NCBI GenBank assembly: GCA_964016885.1
Contig: OZ024740.1
Coordinates: 66,030,001-66,094,000, forward strand
Length of the DNA stretch: 64,000 bases
DNA from: Eledone cirrhosa
Lineage: Eukaryota
Direction of reading: 5' to 3'
Shown here: piece after piece, positions 57,030 to 64,000 of the stretch
Position numbering within the stretch: the first letter of the stretch is position 1
Layout: each line of letters starts with the position of its first letter
The notes under the pieces: model-generated
Told to the model about the DNA's origin: nothing
The model's database searches: none
What the model saw: only the letters and a program-made list of their open reading frames with translations
Made by a program: the position numbers and the translations under genes

Positions 57030-59200
57030 GTTTTCAAAGAAAAAATAGAATTCCCCAAAATTTACTAAAATGTTTTCGCACAATTTTCCCAAAACGTTCA
57101 TTAAAACTTTAACAAAAATGTTTCCTGAAATTTTCATCGAAATCCTCTCAAATTCCTTCGAAAGCTTTCGCCGAAAATCTAACAAAGACTTTCAAAAAGG
57201 TTTCATCAAAATCTTTTAAAATGTTTCTCCAAAAATGTCAACTAATAATTTCCAAAATTTCTTTTACAAAATTCATTGAATGGTTTACCTCAATATTTAT
57301 TGAACATTCTCCCAAATATTATATGAAAAACTTTCCCGAATATTTCAACATAAATTTTTCCCCAAAATTTAATTGAGGATTTCAACAAAGATTTTTCCAA
57401 AAATTATTGATAGTTTTCCAAAGATTTTTCGTAAATAAATGTAAAACAGTAAGTAAATAATTTCAATTAATCATGCTTTTGTTGTGTGATTATATCTCAA
57501 ATATTACGACTAGCTCCAAATTTTCACTAGAATATTCCTTAAAAATTTCTAAAAGCATTTCCTAACTTTTTCCCAAAACTTTCATAAAACTTTCCCCAAA
57601 TTATTGTGTCGAAGTTTTCTCCTCGCAATATTTTCAAACTCCTTCTAAAATCTTCTCCTAAAATATTTCCAAAGACCTTCACAAAATATTTGAATATATC
57701 GCCAAAATTTAATTTAAATTCCCAAAAGTTTTCCCCAAATTTCTCCAGAAATCTCATTAATGATTCACGAAACTGATTAAAATGTTTCTCTCAAAATATC
57801 ATGCACTTTCAATTATATCTCTAAGGAAATTCATTAAAAGTTTAACTTACATTTCATTAAATAATCCCACACATAAATCATGAAATATTTCTCTAAAACT
57901 TCATCATAAATTTTAATCAGTTTCATTAAATTTTTCAACTAAAAATTTTCCGAAATTACTGCAAGTTTTTTTTAGGTATCTCATCATTAATTTTAAACAA
58001 AGATTCATTAAAGATTTCGACCAAAATTTCTTCCAAATATTTCTGAAATATTGTAAGACTTTTCTAAAAAGATTTGTAAGTATTGAAAAACAGCAAGAAA
58101 TAAGTTTTAACGAATCATATTTTTGTCGGGTGCTAATATATAAATTAAAAAAGAATAGCTTCAAATCACCAGTAAAATTTACACTAAAAATTTCTAAAAT
58201 GCCTTCCTGAAATTGTCCCCAAATATTCATGTGGACATTGAAAGGATTCCTTGAATATTTTCCAGAATAATCATTAAAGTTTCATTAAGTGTTTGTCCCA
58301 AAATATGTTCAAATATTTCCAATAAAATCACTTACAAAATTCATCATAAATTCTAATCTAAGTTTCACTAAAGATTTTTCCCAAAATTTCTGGAAAGTAT
58401 ATTTAGATATTTTTCCAAATGTTTCGTAAGGATTTTCGCAAAGACTTTTGTAAGTATTAAAAAACAGATGTAAATAAGTTTAATTAATCATGTTTTTGGA
58501 GGGTGCTTATATATTTAAATTAGTATGACTAGCTCCAAACTATCAGTAAATTCCCGTTGAAACAATTCTAAAATCACTTTCTAAATTTTTCCCCATATAT
58601 TGATGGAAACATTCAGCCACTCTTTTTCTTAATTTTTCCCAAATGGTTCGTAAATATTTTGATGAAAAATTTCGTAAATATTTCAAAACTGAAAGAAATA
58701 AGTTTAATTAATCATGTTTCTGTCAAATGCTTATATATTTAAATTTATACGTTTAGCTCGAAATTATCAGTAACTTTTAAACTAAACATTTCTAAAATGC
58801 TTTCCTGAAATTATCCCAAACATTTCATGACAACTTTCAAACATTTTCCCCCAAATTTTCCAGATTTTTCATTAAATTTCATGAATGATTTTTTAAATGT
58901 TTTTTTCCAAATGTTCATCAAATATTGAAAGACAGAAGGAAATAATTGTTTCTACTTTGGGTACAAGGCCAGCAATTATCCCCAGTGAATTACTGGTACT
59001 TTATTTTATCGACCCCGTAAAGATGAAAGGCAAAGTTAACCTCGGCGGGATTTCAACTCAGACTGACGAGTGCTTATATATTTGATTTAAAAATTCTACT
59101 AATATTTCCCAAACATTTCCCCATATTCTACAGGACTTTCTTTAAAAGTTCAAAAAATGTTTTTGAAAATGGTTCTCCAAATATTTCATTAAATATTTTC
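57030..59200. repeat. Degenerate AT-rich satellite-like array (AAAATTTTCCC motifs; AAATAAGTTTAATTAATCATG-like motif near 57455, 58097, 58472, 58696)
   Basis: Recurrent motifs and strong G-depletion on the plus strand. Confidence 0.65.
58941..59059 (-). mobile_element. tRNA-derived SINE fragment
   Basis: Reverse complement of the 60176-60292 family. Confidence 0.8.
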
Positions 59201-60175
59201 CATATATTCACTTCGCTGTTGTATATATTGTAAAAGAGAGACTTCTTCGATTTATATTATTTTAGGTAATGTATTGTAACTACGTTCCTGTTTCCTTCCT
59301 CTTTGGACAAACTAAAACAATTCATTGATATTCATATGGCAAAACAACTCAGCTCAATGTTTAAATCCGTATTAAAATGAATGCTGTGACAATGCATATA
59401 ATGAATCATTTTAAACGTATAAGACGATGTAAATGTTCAAAATGGGGAAGAATTAATATCTAGTATTACATCAACTGATCTCTTTCTAAATTTGCTTATT
59501 TCAGGTCCACAATTTTATTTCTCTTATTCATGTCGATTACTACATTAGGCAATATATATTCCTCATACTGAGAACCTTATGGTGACATTAGACGAATATT
59601 TGGGACTCTTTCATTGACTCATGAATATACATAAATATATTAGATTACCTAATTCTTTGCGAGTATTTTGTGTTTATGCAATTATAATTGCAAATTCTTA
59701 AATTAGTTGATTGACGATGATTTCCTTTTTTTTTAAATTCAGCCCTTACTGAATAAAAAACATTTTGAAAAGTAATGTCGATATTTCTTCTCTTTTAATA
59801 ATCGTTATATTATGTTACATGTTCTGTTTTAAAACATCTTATCTGAGAATATTGACTTCAGGTTTTGACGTTACGTGAAATACGTTCGCCGCATTAAACT
59901 CGATATTGCCACGTTTGTCTTCTTGGTGATATTAAATCTGCAAACGACAATATATTTTCGAATTAATACTCAAATAATATTTATAATTATAATCTGTCAC
60001 AAATAGAAATGGAATGCAGACAAAACTTGCAAAAAACACTTTAACATGGAGTTCTGGCCAATATAAATCAATTAATATTCAGAAATGAAGAAAAAAACAA
60101 TAAATATTTTTATAACAGACGGAATGTTATTATTTTTAAAATGCTTTCCAGCATAGTTACGTCCCTTTACGATCT

Positions 60176-60292
60176 GAGTTCAAATCCCGCCGAGGTTGAC
60201 TTTGCCTTTCATCCTTACGGGGTCGATAAAATAAAGTACCAGTAATGCACTGGATAATTGCTGGCCTTGTGCCTAAAGTAGAAACAATTATT
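60176..60292 (+). mobile_element. tRNA-derived SINE fragment with B-box
   Basis: GAGTTCAAATCCC B-box followed by GACTTTGCCTTTCATCCTTACGGGGTCGATAAAAT. Confidence 0.85.
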
Positions 60293-62253
60293 TTTAAAAC
60301 AAATTTTGTTTGTCGAAATTTCACTGCGTATGAATATTAATATAAGTTTTCTATCAATGTTAGAAATCGTTTATAAGACAATTCAATCAGCAGTAATGAA
60401 AATGTCAACGGAGATTTCCATTTTGTCTTTTTATGATGTTAATAATGTTTAGTTTTGTTTATTCATAATTTTAAAAGTCATTTTGAAATTTGCTAACGGA
60501 AAATAAAAGGCCTCTTTGAATAACTAAATTTAAAGCATTTGAATGATGAGACGGTAGTCTAATTAAATGGTAGTATGTGCAAAGAAAACAAATAAAAACA
60601 AGAAAACCAGAGCCTGTTATATGTTGCATCAGTTAGTAATTAAGTGCACTATCAAAATGATCTTCATAACATTTAATTAAAAACATTAATCCAAAAATAC
60701 AAACGAAAAATTATCAGCTTCATAATTTTTTAAATATTCCCAATAGCTATAGTAATTGCCATTCGGGGAATAATGCTTAATTAAATTAAGTGATTAGATC
60801 ATTATACCAAAAACGAAAAGTAGTATTTAGAAATCAAAATTCATATTTGAGTCATTTGAATGAAAATTAATCATACTTTTAAGAAAGACTATATATGATG
60901 AAGTTTGGTTAGTTGATTCTCCAGTGTTATAGTGTATTAGGCACTTAGACTTAACCCAATTGTCAACAGGTAATTTTATCAAAAACCGATTATCTTAAAT
61001 TATAGGTTATTAACGTTCTGTTGAACTGCTACATATTTAAACATGTGCAATAATATTGAACAAAATTACCGAATTAAATGAGTGTCACATGTTTTATATT
61101 AGTTCTTCTGCGATTGCTGGGGTTGAAAAACGTCTGTTCATTATTCAGGTTTTAAAGCTTATTAGAAAACTATAACTACAAGTCCACCATAGTTTCAGTG
61201 GCGCAGGAGAAAATTCATACAACATTTTGATGCTCACGGATCACCAACATTTTGCCTCGGCATGATATCGTTTCTAGAATAGCCACTATTCTCTGCTCAT
61301 CACTCATACCGACCAACTACTAATTAGGATTGGTCTTTATCTCTTACAGTTGTGTATAAAAGAACAGCTCAGGTACCGTTTGTATGAATAATCACCGTTT
61401 ACTGAATGTGTATTTTATATTCTCCTATGTACATTTTTATGAGCAGTACCTGCATATTGTAACACAAAAGCCGCCCGTTCTCTTTTGAGATGAAGGGTAG
61501 TAAATCCATTTTCCCTTTCACGGTATAACATGATATTGGTTCGCGGTAAGAGTATTTTTTCATCTCACAACTTAGAATCAATCAATTCAGTTGATTACTT
61601 TAAAATTCATATGTCCCTTATGTGATCGTTCAGTTTATGCTGACTAAACCATTCCATAAATGATAGCGGTCTTTCAAAACCACTATAATTGAATTCGGGA
61701 TAGCTCCATGAAAACATATTTAAAAAGAATGAATTCGTGCAAAATATCAACAAACTATAAGAAAAATCATAGCTGCAACTTAATTATGCAGATGCATTTA
61801 GGTTTGCGACAGACACTTCCTGCCGTTGTTGGAGGGTATTTAAGTATGTAATGTTGCATGTAATCTCTAAAAGAAAACAGAAATGATACAGAGCTGCTAG
61901 GAAGAAAAAAAAGATGATATTCTCGGAACGAATTGCGTGACAATATCTGGAATATAGTATGAAAATCTAGTGTAAAAAAACCTATATGACTATATTAAAA
62001 TCGTGCTTACTATAACTGGTATAATCATAACCAATAAAGATATTATTTGATTAAGAGCACTACTGATAGAAAAGAATTTGACATACACCATCGGATGGAT
62101 ATTGTAAGGATCAACACTTTCGCAAACAAAATAACCGCAATGATTGTGTCTTCTGCTAGTATAGCTACAACACTTCATCGTGTTTCTTTTATATATGAAT
62201 GTATATATATATATGTGTGTTTATGTGAGTGTGAGTGTGAGTGTGCGTGTGCG

Positions 62254-62334
<81 letters not shown>

Positions 62335-62569
62335 GTGTGTGTGAAATTAAAAATAATCGAATGACATATGCAAAAACATAAAACATTAACAGGAGGCAAT
62401 TTGCAAAATATGTACGTATAATTACAAAATGCGGCATTTAACAAAATGTAATCAAAATAAATACCTGATATTAAATAATGTTTTCTTAACGCTATGTGCG
62501 TTTTCATCAGTCCCTAATTTGTATTCGAGGTGGAAATTCATATAGTTTGACCAGAAATCACCAGGTTTG

Positions 62570-62898
62570 GTCAGTGGCACCTGCCCCAGCACAATTCCAC
62601 CTGCCAAAACTCCATCCTATTGACCAACTACTTAGGTGATTTGGGGATCAAGACAGACCCTCATCCTCCCAACATTCTAGAGGTAGCCTCATGTGATTTC
62701 TGGATCTTCCCGAAGCTGAACGAGATGCTAAGGGGTAACCACTTTCAGGATGTGGTGGTGATGAAGGAGGCAGTGACAAGTGCTCTGGAGCAGTTTAATT
62801 TGGAAGATTATAAAGGGGCCTCCCAGAGATGGCTGGAGCGCTACATGCTCATTGGAGTTTTGGGAACTCACTTTGAGGGAGACAAGAGTTTTGCGTAG
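62570..62898 (+). pseudogene. Mariner (Tc1/mariner) transposase C-terminal fragment
   Basis: HPPNILEVASCDFWIFPKLNEMLRGNHF...WLERY...GTHFEG matches the HPPYSPDLAPCDF-type region. Confidence 0.85.
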
Positions 62899-62922
62899 AT
62901 CCGAGTTAAATAAGTATGTTAA

Positions 62923-63029
<107 letters not shown>

Positions 63030-63315
63030 TGTGTGTGTGCGGGGGCGTGTTTGTGTGCTTGAGCGTCTGTGTGTGTACGTACGAGGCACACTGAAAAAGT
63101 TTTGATACTTTTACTAAACACACACACACACACACACGTACACACACATAAACACACACATACACACACGCACACACACATACACACACATATACATATA
63201 TATATATGTGTGCATATATATCCAAAATTAAATTAAGGGTGTCATGTCAGACAGACATGCACCATATCCACTGTAGAATATGCTCCAAGATTCCAATGAA
63301 TAGATCCGATCATTT

Positions 63316-63513
63316 TATATCAACTAGAAATTGATTGACATATATATATATTTAAAATAAACATATAAATTAATCACAGGCAATAATTTGTAAAAGTGTG
63401 TAAGGACACATAGCCAGGTATATGTGCTTATACACGTGTACAAATTATTCCCTGTCATTGTTTCATATGTTTATTTTGAATATATTTATGTCAATCAACT
63501 TCTAGTTGATATA
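63316..63513. repeat. Imperfect ~200-bp hairpin or MITE-like inverted repeat
   Basis: ATATCAACTAGAAATTGATTGACAT...ATGTCAATCAACTTCTAGTTGATAT, with pairing continuing to the centre. Confidence 0.8.
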
Positions 63514-63525
63514 TATATATATATA

Positions 63526-63712
63526 AAGTTTAATATAGAAATGGTTTCTACATGGCTAGAACTGCTTCATTCAAAATAAATTACGTGTGATTTAATTTGA
63601 ATGAAACAGTTCTTGTCCTGTAGAAGCCATTTCTATATTAAATTTGATGCTTACAATCCAATAATGTATTGTGTATCTTACTTCCTAAGGTTACCCCAGA
63701 TTGAATCCGGGA

Positions 63713-63714
<2 letters not shown>
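63526..63714. mobile_element. Diverged family B-like fold-back terminus
   Basis: GAATGAAACAGTTCT.GTCCTGTAGAA and the downstream tail resemble 17237-17349; 63529-63572 pairs with 63595-63643. Confidence 0.7.
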
Positions 63715-63769
<55 letters not shown>

Positions 63770-63784
63770 GCATATATATCTGTA

Positions 63785-63847
<63 letters not shown>

Positions 63848-64000
63848 AGGATGAATATAAAATGAAATATAAAATGAAAGTGCTTTTTTTAAAAAAGGAA
63901 TACCTATGTAACAATACCCTGTAACAAACGGAGTACCTATGTATCGCTGCTTGCGTAATCATATAATGTTAGTAGCAAGTATTCGATAGCAAATGTATAA

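Noticed and set aside
59480-62170. Possible host exons in the unique-looking region (e.g. 61450-61565 minus; AG/GT sites near 61350-61375)
   Set aside because: No recognisable protein motif or consistent exon chain; needs RNA-seq or BLASTX.

Overview
AT-rich eukaryotic intergenic or intronic DNA, probably from a coleoid cephalopod (inferred from the SINE family and the extreme (TA)n/(CA)n density). No host gene can be supported, and most ORF-track entries are microsatellite artefacts. The window is a mosaic of transposable elements: a decayed Buster/Charlie-type hAT, an intact Penelope-like (PLE) RT+GIY-YIG ORF, GIY-YIG relics, non-autonomous Helitrons, three R4/Dong-like RLE LINEs, two Tx1/L1-like LINEs chained through (ATT)n tracts, SINEs and a mariner fragment. 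It is unusually rich in hammerhead ribozyme (HHR) motifs in PLE-type terminal repeats, many arranged as head-to-head fold-backs, some with variant cores (U3-A8, C4). The main finding is a 66-nt motif at 1812-1877, 2535-2600 and, in a diverged family, 16321-16386. It has all hammerhead core nucleotides, but the three strands are in an order that circular permutation cannot produce. A textbook kink-turn closes the fold, and six double-compensatory base-pair changes between the two families support it. It is a candidate natural pseudoknotted, K-turn-containing hammerhead. All structures were read by eye and none has been tested.
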